From Bacilli bacterium (GTDB lineage: Bacteria; Bacillota_I; Bacilli_A; ML615J-28; CAG-698), in NCBI GenBank assembly GCA_050174575.1, contig JBFXJT010000005.1, positions 10,553-74,552 on the forward strand: a stretch of 64,000 bases of DNA, in the 5' to 3' direction. The notes under the pieces were generated by a model. The model was not told the DNA's origin. It made no database searches and saw only the letters and a list, made by a program, of their open reading frames with translations. The position numbers and the translations under genes are program-made. Numbering within the stretch: position 1 is the first letter of the stretch; each line of letters opens with the position of its first letter. This document shows, one piece after another, positions 28,202 to 36,592 of the stretch.

Positions 28202-28630
28202 GTGGCAACGAAAAAAATTACGAAAGTCGTTAAATTGCAACTATCTGCCGGAAAAGCAACGCCAGCACCACCTGTTGGTCCTAGCTTAGGACAAACTGGT
28301 ATTAACATTCAACAATTCTGTCTTCAATTCAACGAAAGAACTAAAGACATGGTTGGCAACATTGTTCCAGCAATCATTTCTGTTTATGAGGATCGTTCTT
28401 TTACTTTCATCACCAAAACTCCACCAGCTTCTGATTTATTAAAGAAGGCAGCTGGAATTACTAGTGGTTCCGCAAACGCTTTGAAAACCAAAGTAGCTAC
28501 TATTTCTCGTGAAAAAGTACGCGAAATTGCGAAAACAAAATTAGATGATTTAAATGCTTATACTGTTGAAGCTGGTACGAAAATCATTGAAGGAACTGCA
28601 AGAAACATGGGAATTGTTGTTGAAGACTAA
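28202..28630 (+). CDS. rplK: 50S ribosomal protein L11
   Basis: GTG 28202 lies 8 nt after [29 protein letters not shown]. Confidence 0.93.
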   Translation: MATKKITKVVKLQLSAGKATPAPPVGPSLGQTGINIQQFCLQFNERTKDMVGNIVPAIISVYEDRSFTFITKTPPASDLLKKAAGITSGSANALKTKVATISREKVREIAKTKLDDLNAYTVEAGTKIIEGTARNMGIVVED

Positions 28631-28737
28631 AAAAAATCTTATCAACGAAGTTTCAATTACAAAATAAGTTGTAAAATTACAACTTAAACTGTGGAAGGAA
28701 TTTCCGCTAAACCACATTTAAGGAGGAAAAATTTAAA

Positions 28738-29430
28738 ATGGCTAAAAGAAGTCGAAAATATGCTGAAGCCGCTAAATTAATCGATCGCAATGTCCGTTAC
28801 AATTTAACAGATGCTGTCGATTTAGCAAGAAAAACCAGCATAACCAAATTTGATGCCACCGTTGAAGTCGCCTTTAGGTTAAATCTTGATTCTCGTAAAG
28901 CAGAACAAAACTTGCGTGGAGCAATTGTTTTGCCACATGGGTCAGGAAAAGATCCGAAAGTTTTAGTCCTTACTAAATCTGCAAAACAAAAAGAAGCAGA
29001 ATTAGCTGGAGCTGATTTTGTTGGTGACACTGAATATCTTGAAAAAATTAAAGCAGGATGGTTTGATTTTGATGTTATTGTTGCAACCCCAGATATGATG
29101 GGAGAACTAGGAAAGCTTGGTAAAATCTTAGGTCCAAAAGGATTAATGCCAAATGCAAAAACTGGTACTGTAACAATGGATATTGACAAAGCTGTTCGCG
29201 AAATTAAATCAGGAAAAATCACATATCGCGTTGATAAAACAGGAAACGTCCAAGTTATTGTTGGAAGGGCAAGTTTTGAAAATGTGAAATTGGAAGACAA
29301 CATTCGTGTTGTTTACCAAACACTAATTCGCTTAAAACCTTCGACAGTAAAAGGAATTTATGTAAAAAACATCGCGATTTCTACAACCATGGGTCCTGGA
29401 ATAAAAATATTACCAGACTCAATCGCTTAA
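28738..29430 (+). CDS. rplA: 50S ribosomal protein L1
   Basis: [18 protein letters not shown]...[14 protein letters not shown]...[12 protein letters not shown]. Confidence 0.95.
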   Translation: MAKRSRKYAEAAKLIDRNVRYNLTDAVDLARKTSITKFDATVEVAFRLNLDSRKAEQNLRGAIVLPHGSGKDPKVLVLTKSAKQKEAELAGADFVGDTEYLEKIKAGWFDFDVIVATPDMMGELGKLGKILGPKGLMPNAKTGTVTMDIDKAVREIKSGKITYRVDKTGNVQVIVGRASFENVKLEDNIRVVYQTLIRLKPSTVKGIYVKNIAISTTMGPGIKILPDSIA

Positions 29431-29451
29431 TTATCAAAACCCAAACAATAA

Positions 29452-29566
29452 AATAGGATGATTTATTGCCGTAGACAGTAGGAGCGAAAGCTTAATATCC
29501 TACCGAGGTTAAAAGACGTTTTTTGTAACCTCTTTTTCCTTGATGGTAAAAGAGGTTTATTATTTT
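29452..29566 (+). promoter_or_regulatory. rplJ (L10) leader with terminator/attenuator hairpin
   Basis: Upstream stem TAGGAT...ATCCTA encloses GCCGTAGACAGTAGGAGCGAAAGC. Then AACCTCTTTT...AAAAGAGGTT plus TATTATTTT lies immediately before the rplJ RBS. The position and layout fit the Firmicute L10 leader. Confidence 0.6.
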
Positions 29567-29582
29567 CAATGGAGGTGAAATA

Positions 29583-30071
29583 ATGAAAGAAGCAACATTA
29601 CAAAAGAAAATCGAAGAAGTCGATATATTAACTAAGAAATTTCAAAATGCTAAATCATTGGTCTTTGTTGATTATCTAGGCTTAACAGTTGCTGAAGTAT
29701 CAGAACTCCGCAAATCCTTGTATGCTCAAGGTTGCCACTTATATGTTACTAAAAATAACATTTTACGTCGTGCTGCCAAGCTTGCAGGTTATCAAGGGTT
29801 GGATGATGTTTTAGTCGGGCCAAGTGCCGTTGCTTTATCAAGTGATGCAACAGCAGCATCAAAAATTATTTTTGGCTTTGCTAAAAATAATGAAAAATTA
29901 GGAATTAAGGTCGGAGTAGTTGAAGGAAAAGTTCTAAAAACTGCAGATCTAAAAGTAGTCTCAAATTTACCAAACAAAAATGGTATGATTTCGATGTTAC
30001 TAAGTGTATTACAAGCCCCAATCAGAAACTTGGGTGTAGCTATTAAAGCCGTAGCTGAACAAAGAGCTTAA
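29583..30071 (+). CDS. rplJ: 50S ribosomal protein L10
   Basis: 162 aa. Conserved position and sequence (FVDYLGLTVAEVSELRKSL). Confidence 0.95.
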   Translation: MKEATLQKKIEEVDILTKKFQNAKSLVFVDYLGLTVAEVSELRKSLYAQGCHLYVTKNNILRRAAKLAGYQGLDDVLVGPSAVALSSDATAASKIIFGFAKNNEKLGIKVGVVEGKVLKTADLKVVSNLPNKNGMISMLLSVLQAPIRNLGVAIKAVAEQRA

Positions 30072-30089
30072 TTTTAGGAGGAATTTAAA

Positions 30090-30461
30090 ATGGAAAAATT
30101 TAATGTACAAGATTTTTTAAAGGCATTAAAAGAAATGTCTGTATTAGAATTAAATGAATTAGTGAAAGCAATCGAAGCTGAATTTGGTGTTACTGCAGCT
30201 GCAGCTGTTGCAACAAACGGACCTGCTGAAGTTGTTGAAGAAGAAGGACCGTCAACTTATAACGTTATTTTAGCAGCTTTTGGTCAAAACAAAATTGCTG
30301 TTATCAAAGTTGTTCGTGAATTAACTGGTCTTCCACTTAAGGAAGCTAAAGATCTTGTTGATGCTGCTCCAAAAGCAATTAAAGAAGGAGCTTCTATCGA
30401 TGAAGCAAATGCTATTAAATCTAAATTGGAAGAAGCTGGCGCAACAGTAGAACTTAAATAA
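30090..30461 (+). CDS. rplL: 50S ribosomal protein L7/L12
   Basis: Ala-rich hinge [17 protein letters not shown] and C-terminal [19 protein letters not shown]. Confidence 0.95.
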   Translation: MEKFNVQDFLKALKEMSVLELNELVKAIEAEFGVTAAAAVATNGPAEVVEEEGPSTYNVILAAFGQNKIAVIKVVRELTGLPLKEAKDLVDAAPKAIKEGASIDEANAIKSKLEEAGATVELK

Positions 30462-30463
30462 TT

Positions 30464-30490
30464 AAACCCCTTTAAGGGGTTTTTTATTTT
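30464..30490 (+). terminator. Rho-independent terminator after rplL
   Basis: AAACCCC-TTTAA-GGGGTTT followed by TTTTATTTT. Confidence 0.85.
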
Positions 30491-30498
30491 AAAAGCAA

Positions 30499-30527
30499 TT
30501 GACTATTACCTGTAAAAGGACTATAAT
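30499..30527 (+). promoter_or_regulatory. sigma-70-type promoter driving the riboswitch-controlled gene
   Basis: TTGACT, 17-nt spacer, TATAAT. Confidence 0.65.
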
Positions 30528-30544
30528 GAATTGTAATTTTTTCA

Positions 30545-30697
30545 AAATATTTGGTGCTTATGCATAACAAGGAATTGGGTTAAATCCCAAGCTGTCCCAG
30601 CAGCCGTAATGTTGATGAAATCGATAAACCACTGTGATTAATCATGGGAAGGTTCGAGAGTAAGATGAAACTGAGCCGGAAGACTTACCAAGTATTT
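30545..30697 (+). promoter_or_regulatory. Cobalamin (B12) riboswitch aptamer
   Basis: P1 AAATATTTGGT / ACCAAGTATTT. Core GGTGC...AAGGAA..GGGTTAAATCCC..GCTGTCCCAGCAGCCGTAA...AACCACTG...GGGAAGG. B12 box-like GAGCCGGAAGACTTACC (30673-30689). Downstream CTTTCCT (30735-30741) can pair with the SD-region AGGAAAG (30768-30774). Confidence 0.85.
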
Positions 30698-30780
30698 CAA
30701 AAAATTCTCCTGGGGTTGGGGATGGGAACGAAAGCTTTCCTATTCTCTACTACTATTTTTCTAAGAAAGGAAAGAAAAGA

Positions 30781-31161
30781 ATGAAAAAATTGTTTTTGCT
30801 GTTAGCTTTATTGCTAACTTTACCTGTCATTCTTCTTGGCTGCGACAAAGGTGCAGACAGTGAAGGAACGATTAATGTTATTGTTGTTGATTTAGAGAAT
30901 CAAGAAAAATTTAATGGGAGTATCGATTACCAGAAAGATGAGACACTTTTAGGAATTTTTCAAGAGCATGAAACCATCGCTTTAAAAGGCGAAGTCCAAT
31001 CTTATGGGTTCTACATTTTAGAGGTTTGTGGTGTAAATGCAAGCGAGTATACAAACGTTTTTTGGAATATTAAAATCAATGACGAAGATTCTTTAGTAGG
31101 AATTAGTGAAATTGATCTTGTAGATGGTATGCAAGTAACTCTTTCTTTAGTGGCGTTTTAA
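30781..31161 (+). CDS. DUF4430-domain lipoprotein (transcobalamin beta-domain-like; probable surface cobalamin-binding protein)
   Basis: Lipobox VILLGC. DUF4430-like pattern YGFYILEVCGVNA...VFWNIKINDEDSLVGISEIDLVDGMQVTLSLV. Directly behind a B12 riboswitch. Confidence 0.7.
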   Translation: MKKLFLLLALLLTLPVILLGCDKGADSEGTINVIVVDLENQEKFNGSIDYQKDETLLGIFQEHETIALKGEVQSYGFYILEVCGVNASEYTNVFWNIKINDEDSLVGISEIDLVDGMQVTLSLVAF

Positions 31162-31166
31162 AGGTT

Positions 31167-31204
31167 GTCTAGCAATAATTAAATGATTATTGCTAGACTT
31201 TTTA
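31167..31204 (+). terminator. Rho-independent terminator
   Basis: 13-bp stem GTCTAGCAATAAT / ATTATTGCTAGAC followed by TTTTT. Confidence 0.9.
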
Positions 31205-31264
31205 TACTAAAATAGAGATTTTAATAGGAAATAATTATTAAGTAAATATTTAAAGGAGAATTAA

Positions 31265-32047
31265 ATGTATCCAGAAATTTTTGTAAAGATTAATGAAATT
31301 CTTGACCCAATTGGCCTTGATACGTTTACCATTTTTGTAGGAATTGGCTTGGTTTTTTTGTTGAATTATGTGATTAACGGATTTGAAAAAACATTAAATT
31401 TTTCAAGACAAAAAACAAATAAATTATTATTGTTCTTTGGTATAGGGCTTGTTATTACTTATGGATTTGCTTCTTTTTTTGATGCTCTTTTTCATTATCT
31501 TGATGATGGTGAATTTGAAGGTGGCTTAACATTTATTGCAGGATTCATGGGTGGTGTCATTTGTTTTTCGCTTCTTGTTTATTTTTTCATGAAAGAAGAA
31601 CGAAAGAACATTCTTAAAATATTAAATGTTGTCATTCCGGGAATTTTGCTGGCGCATGGTTTTGGGCGATTAGGCTGTTTTTCTGTAGGCTGTTGTTATG
31701 GTAAGCCAACAACAAGTATTTTTGGAATTTTGTTTCCTGAAGGAACAAATCCTTATGCTGACGGCATAAGAGTTCCAATTCATCCAACACAACTATATGA
31801 AGCTTTCTTTTTGTTTTTAATGTTTTTTATTTTTAAATATTATAAAAAAATCAATAATTTTCGATTTTCGATTTATTTAATTAGTTATGGTACTTTTCGA
31901 TTTTTATTAGAAATATTTTTACGAGGAGATAGCCGTGGAACCTTATTTGGAGTTGCCCCTTCCGCAATTCTGGCAGTAGTGATGGCTTTAGGCGGGGTAG
32001 TTCTCTTAATATGGCAATTAAGGAAAAGGCAAGATCTCGCAAGTTGA
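31265..32047 (+). CDS. lgt: Prolipoprotein diacylglyceryl transferase
   Basis: HGFGRLGCFSVGCCYGKPT, HPTQLYEAFF, multiple TM segments. Confidence 0.9.
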   Translation: MYPEIFVKINEILDPIGLDTFTIFVGIGLVFLLNYVINGFEKTLNFSRQKTNKLLLFFGIGLVITYGFASFFDALFHYLDDGEFEGGLTFIAGFMGGVICFSLLVYFFMKEERKNILKILNVVIPGILLAHGFGRLGCFSVGCCYGKPTTSIFGILFPEGTNPYADGIRVPIHPTQLYEAFFLFLMFFIFKYYKKINNFRFSIYLISYGTFRFLLEIFLRGDSRGTLFGVAPSAILAVVMALGGVVLLIWQLRKRQDLAS

Positions 32048-32057
32048 GATCTTTTTT
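32031..32057 (+). terminator. Terminator-like hairpin overlapping the lgt stop codon
   Basis: AAGATCTC-7 nt-GAGATCTT followed by TTTTC. The next start codon is only 11-17 nt away. Confidence 0.5.
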
Positions 32058-32067
32058 CTAAGAAAGG

Positions 32068-32676
32068 ATGCATATGAGTCATTATTATCAAAATGATCCC
32101 GATTTAAAAGAACATTTACAAATGATTGATTACCAGTTTAAAAGTTGCAAACTACATTTTATTACAAATTCCGGTGTTTTTAGCAGGCAGCAAATAGACT
32201 TTGGAACTCATGTTTTGCTTGAAACAATTAAAGATATGTCTGTGGACAATGAAATGATTTTAGATGTCGGGTGTGGTTATGGTGCAATTGGTCTTTCAAT
32301 GGCAAAAGCATATCCTAACGCTTTTGTAGAAATGATTGATGTTGTGACACGAGCTGTCGAACTATCAATATTAAATGCAAAAGAGAACAACATAACAAAT
32401 GTAAAAATATACGAAAGCAATTTATTCGAAAATGTTAACAACATGTTTTCGTTAATTGTTTCTAATCCCCCTGTTCGAGCAGGTAAAAAAATTGTTCATA
32501 GTATCGTTGATCAAGCTTCCTTAAAATTGAAAGACAATGGGAAATTATTGTTTGTTATCCAAAAAAAACAAGGAGCTTCATCATTACAAATAAAGATGAA
32601 TGATGTTTTTGGAAATGTTGAAGTAATGAACAAGAAAAACGGATATTTTATTTTAAAAAGCGTCAAAATTGGTTAA
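32068..32676 (+). CDS. Class I SAM-dependent rRNA methyltransferase, RsmC/YbxB-like
   Basis: ILDVGCGYGAIGL (motif I) and VSNPPVRAG (motif IV). Same position upstream of rpoB as B. subtilis ybxB. The start may be ATG 32074. Confidence 0.8.
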   Translation: MHMSHYYQNDPDLKEHLQMIDYQFKSCKLHFITNSGVFSRQQIDFGTHVLLETIKDMSVDNEMILDVGCGYGAIGLSMAKAYPNAFVEMIDVVTRAVELSILNAKENNITNVKIYESNLFENVNNMFSLIVSNPPVRAGKKIVHSIVDQASLKLKDNGKLLFVIQKKQGASSLQIKMNDVFGNVEVMNKKNGYFILKSVKIG

Positions 32677-32685
32677 TAATTTACC

Positions 32686-32714
32686 TTGACAATTTGACAA
32701 TAACATGGTATCAT
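32686..32714 (+). promoter_or_regulatory. sigma-70-type promoter for rpoB-rpoC
   Basis: TTGACA, 17-nt spacer, TGgTATCAT. A second TTGACA lies 8 nt downstream. The leader contains hairpin GAATGTGAAA...TTTTTACATTC. Confidence 0.55.
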
Positions 32715-32788
32715 AATAAAATGCGAAAGAATGTGAAATTGGATTTTTACATTCAACTTTTTGCTTAAATTTAGTGAGGTGGAATATT

Positions 32789-35700
32789 TTGAGCTGGAAA
32801 AATGTGGTTTATGGAAAAAATCGTGTGAGAAGAAATTTCTCGCGAGTGCAAACCAATGTTGAGCTTCCGGATTTAATCGAAGTCCAAACCAAGTCATTTA
32901 GCTGGTTTATTACAACTGGCATAAAAGAACTATTTAAAGAATTATCCCCTATTCGAGATCATGGTGAAAAACTCGAATTGTATTTTGAAGATTTTGAATT
33001 TGATGAACCAAAATATACCATTCCTCAGGCGAAAAGGAATGACGTCAATTATTCTCGCCCATTAAAAGTTGATGTTCGTTTAGTTAATAAAGAAACTGGC
33101 GAAATCAAAGAACAAAAAATATTCCTTGGAGAAATTCCAATGATGACTCCTTGGGGTACATTTGTTATTAATGGGGCGGAGCGGGTTATTGTTACCCAAA
33201 TTATTCGTTCAGCTGGTGTCTTTTACTCTAGCGAAGTAGATAAAAAAAGTGGCCAAATCCAGTACTATGGTCAAATAATTCCTACCCGTGGGGCTTGGAT
33301 TGAATTTGAAATGGGTACTAAAGACATTTGGTATGCAAAACTTGATCGTTCAAAGAAAATACCTTTAACGACTTTTTTGCGTGCTTTAGGTTTAAATAGT
33401 AATAAAGAAATAATTGAATTGTTCGGTAAGAACCGCTTTATGATGAATACTTTTGATAAAGATGATACTTTTGGATCGGATGATGCCTTAGAACAATTGT
33501 ATGATAAACTTCGACCAGGTGAGAAATCAACGCCTGATGGAGCAAGAAATTATTTGGGAAGTCGACTATTTGATACTAGACGTTATGATTTAGCTTCCGT
33601 TGGTCGATATAAAGTAAATAAAAAATTAGATGTCCTTGAAAGATTGGTTGGTCTTGGTCTTAATAAGTGCCGTCTTGGAAAAGATCTATGCATTATTAAT
33701 CCAACTACAAAAGAAAAAGTTGTAAAGTATCCTTCTGGAACAACGATTAATAGCGAAGTATATGAATTTTTAAAGCAAAACCGTGATTTATTAAAAACCA
33801 CAAAATTCTTTGATCAAACAATTGAAGGCTTAGTTAGTGAATTCCCAGTTCTTCATATTGAATATGAAAATGAATTTGGCAGTTCTGAAACCAAACAATT
33901 GATTAATGATATTTCCTTTATCCCAGAAATTGGTTTTGGAAAATGCAAGATTCGTCAAAACATTGCAAATAAAGAAACTGGGGAAATCATTTTTGAAGAT
34001 GGCGATATTATTGATCAAAAGGCATACCAATTTTTACTAGAAAACCCTGATTTATACCTTGAATCGAAACAATATGTCAATTTAGAAATCCTTGATATTG
34101 AATTTGAACGTGAACACGGGGTAATTGAAGGCATTCGGTTGGTTGGAAATGATCAACATGAAACAGCGAACCATGTAACATTATCCGATATTTTAGCATC
34201 AGTTAGTTATTATATTAACCTTCATGATGGAATCGGCCGTACTGATGATATTGATCATTTAGGGAATCGTCGATTACGTTTAATTGGTGAATTGTTGCAA
34301 AATCAATTTAGAATTGGTTTAACAAAAATGGAGAAAAATGTTCGTGATCGCATGTCGACTTCGAGTGATAATCGCAATATTATTCCTCAAAACTTAATCA
34401 ACATTCGAACACTTACATCATCTATTCGTGAATTTTTTGGAAGCAGTCAGCTTTCACAATTCATGGATCAAATTAATCCATTATCTGAATTAACCCATAA
34501 ACGACGTTTAAGTGCTCTTGGCGCTGGTGGATTGACCCGTGATCGTGCTGGCTTTGAAGTTCGTGACGTTCATGTTTCTCATTATGGTCGTATATGCCCA
34601 ATTGAGACACCTGAAGGACAAAACATCGGTTTAATCAATTCGCTAGCAACTTATGCTCGCGTTGATCAATATGGCTTTATTGAAACACCATATTTAAAAG
34701 TTATTCAAAGAGAAGGTCAACGACCACTTATTTCCAACGAAAAAATTTATTTAACGGCAGATAAAGAAGAACAATATTATATTGCCCAAGCTAACATTAA
34801 TGTTAACAGCGATTTAGAAATCGTCGATGATATTGTCATTGCTCGTTATTTTGGGGATACTATTGAAGCCCAAAAAGAAAAAATTAATTTGATAGACGTT
34901 TCACCAAAACAAATTGTGTCCGTTTCTACTGCTTGTATTCCTTTCTTGGAACATGATGATGCTAACCGAGCCCTAATGGGTGCCAACATGCAACGACAAG
35001 CCATTCCATTATTGCGCCCTGAAGCCGCTTATGTCGCTACAGGCATTGAAGCAAAAGCAGCAAAAGATTCCGGTGTTGCTGTTGTTTGTCAAGGTGATGG
35101 GATAGTAGAATACGTTGATGCAAAAAAGATAATTATCCGTGAAGAAGCTGGTAATTTACGTGAATATTCATTACTTAAATATGAACGTTCTAATCATTCA
35201 ACTTGTGTTAATCAAAAACCAATTGTGAAAAAAGGTGAATACGTTCATTTTGATGATATTTTGGCTGATGGTGCATCAATGGATCAAGGCGAAATGGCCC
35301 TTGGCCGAAATGTTACAATTGCTTTCATGACATGGCACGGATACAATTATGAAGATGCTGTTGTCATGAGTGAACGTTTAGTTCAAGATGATGTTTATAC
35401 TTCAATCCATATTGAAAAATATGAAGTTGAAGTGCGAGATACTAAATTAGGAAAAGAAGAAATCACTCGTGATTTAGAAAATGACCGCAAAGATGCGATT
35501 GCTAATCTTGATGAATTTGGAATTGTCCGCTTAGGCGCGGAAGTAAAAGAAGGCGACATTTTAGTAGGAAAGGTTACTCCGAAAGGACAAACTGACCCAA
35601 CACCTGAAGAACGTTTATCCCATGCTTTATTTAGCGACAATTCAAAAGATGTTCGAAATACATCTCTTCGAGTCCCTCATGGTGGTGGTGGAATCGTCCA

Positions 35701-36556
35701 CCGTATTGAACATTTTAAACGTAAAGATGGCGATGAATTAAACCCTGGTGTTAATGAAGTTGTCCGCGTTTATATAGTCCAAAAACGTAAAATTACTGAA
35801 GGGGATAAAATGGCTGGTCGTCATGGTAATAAAGGCGTTATTTCACGCATTTTACCACAAGAAGATATGCCTTACATGGAAGATGGGACACCAATCGATA
35901 TCATGCTTAACCCTCAAGGTATTCCATCACGTTTGAATATTGGTCAAGTTTTGGAGATTCATTTAGGTATGGCTGCTAAAAAATTGGGAGCATTTATTGC
36001 TACTCCAGTTTTTGATGGCGTAAAAAATAGCGATTTAGTTGAGATTATGCGAGAAGCTAAAATGGATCCTGATGGAAAAACCATTTTACGAGATGGACAA
36101 ACAGGAAAAATCTATGACAATCGAATTTCTGTTGGTGTTATGTATATGATCAAGTTAGCACACATGGTTGATGACAAACTTCACGCTCGTAGCGAAGGAC
36201 CATACACATTAGTTACCCAGCAACCAATGGGCGGAAAAGCCCAAAATGGTGGTCAACGTTTCGGTGAAATGGAAGTTTGGGCACTTGAAGCATATGGTGC
36301 TGCTTATACACTTAGAGAAATGCTAACAATTAAATCCGATGATATCGTTGGACGTAATAAAGTTTATAAAGCTATCGTTGATGGTGAAAATGTCCCTAAT
36401 CCTGGCATCCCCGAATCATTTAGAGTACTAGTGAAAGAATTGCAGGGTTTAGGCATAAGTGTTAAATTAATTGATTCTGAAACTAATGCTGATGTTGCAA
36501 ATTTAAGTTTAGTTGAGGAAATTGCCCAAGCAACGCTTGCGAAAAAAGCTAGTTAA
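32789..36556 (+). CDS. rpoB: DNA-directed RNA polymerase beta subunit
   Basis: TTG 32789 lies 5 nt after GAGGTGG (GTG 32774 is the alternative start). Full-length beta subunit with the [11 protein letters not shown]-terminus, the rifampicin-cluster region [28 protein letters not shown] and GRHGNKGV. Confidence 0.95.
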   Translation: MSWKNVVYGKNRVRRNFSRVQTNVELPDLIEVQTKSFSWFITTGIKELFKELSPIRDHGEKLELYFEDFEFDEPKYTIPQAKRNDVNYSRPLKVDVRLVNKETGEIKEQKIFLGEIPMMTPWGTFVINGAERVIVTQIIRSAGVFYSSEVDKKSGQIQYYGQIIPTRGAWIEFEMGTKDIWYAKLDRSKKIPLTTFLRALGLNSNKEIIELFGKNRFMMNTFDKDDTFGSDDALEQLYDKLRPGEKSTPDGARNYLGSRLFDTRRYDLASVGRYKVNKKLDVLERLVGLGLNKCRLGKDLCIINPTTKEKVVKYPSGTTINSEVYEFLKQNRDLLKTTKFFDQTIEGLVSEFPVLHIEYENEFGSSETKQLINDISFIPEIGFGKCKIRQNIANKETGEIIFEDGDIIDQKAYQFLLENPDLYLESKQYVNLEILDIEFEREHGVIEGIRLVGNDQHETANHVTLSDILASVSYYINLHDGIGRTDDIDHLGNRRLRLIGELLQNQFRIGLTKMEKNVRDRMSTSSDNRNIIPQNLINIRTLTSSIREFFGSSQLSQFMDQINPLSELTHKRRLSALGAGGLTRDRAGFEVRDVHVSHYGRICPIETPEGQNIGLINSLATYARVDQYGFIETPYLKVIQREGQRPLISNEKIYLTADKEEQYYIAQANINVNSDLEIVDDIVIARYFGDTIEAQKEKINLIDVSPKQIVSVSTACIPFLEHDDANRALMGANMQRQAIPLLRPEAAYVATGIEAKAAKDSGVAVVCQGDGIVEYVDAKKIIIREEAGNLREYSLLKYERSNHSTCVNQKPIVKKGEYVHFDDILADGASMDQGEMALGRNVTIAFMTWHGYNYEDAVVMSERLVQDDVYTSIHIEKYEVEVRDTKLGKEEITRDLENDRKDAIANLDEFGIVRLGAEVKEGDILVGKVTPKGQTDPTPEERLSHALFSDNSKDVRNTSLRVPHGGGGIVHRIEHFKRKDGDELNPGVNEVVRVYIVQKRKITEGDKMAGRHGNKGVISRILPQEDMPYMEDGTPIDIMLNPQGIPSRLNIGQVLEIHLGMAAKKLGAFIATPVFDGVKNSDLVEIMREAKMDPDGKTILRDGQTGKIYDNRISVGVMYMIKLAHMVDDKLHARSEGPYTLVTQQPMGGKAQNGGQRFGEMEVWALEAYGAAYTLREMLTIKSDDIVGRNKVYKAIVDGENVPNPGIPESFRVLVKELQGLGISVKLIDSETNADVANLSLVEEIAQATLAKKAS

Positions 36557-36592
36557 TATTCCACCATTTCTTTGATAAATTGAGGTGATATT

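Noticed and set aside
28033-28233. 66-aa ORF upstream of and overlapping rplK.
   Set aside because: It spans the rplK promoter (28073-28101) and leader and runs into the rplK RBS and start. It has no RBS of its own. This is non-coding leader RNA.
28797-29303. 168-aa antisense ORF inside rplA.
   Set aside because: It lies entirely within the strongly conserved L1 coding sequence on the opposite strand, and its composition (Ser/Pro/Thr/Phe-rich) is typical of antisense translation. The same reasoning applies to 29792-29977 in rplJ.
32673-32897. 74-aa - strand ORF spanning the rpoB promoter/leader and the rpoB 5' end.
   Set aside because: It overlaps the rpoB promoter and start region and has no RBS. 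It is most likely spurious.
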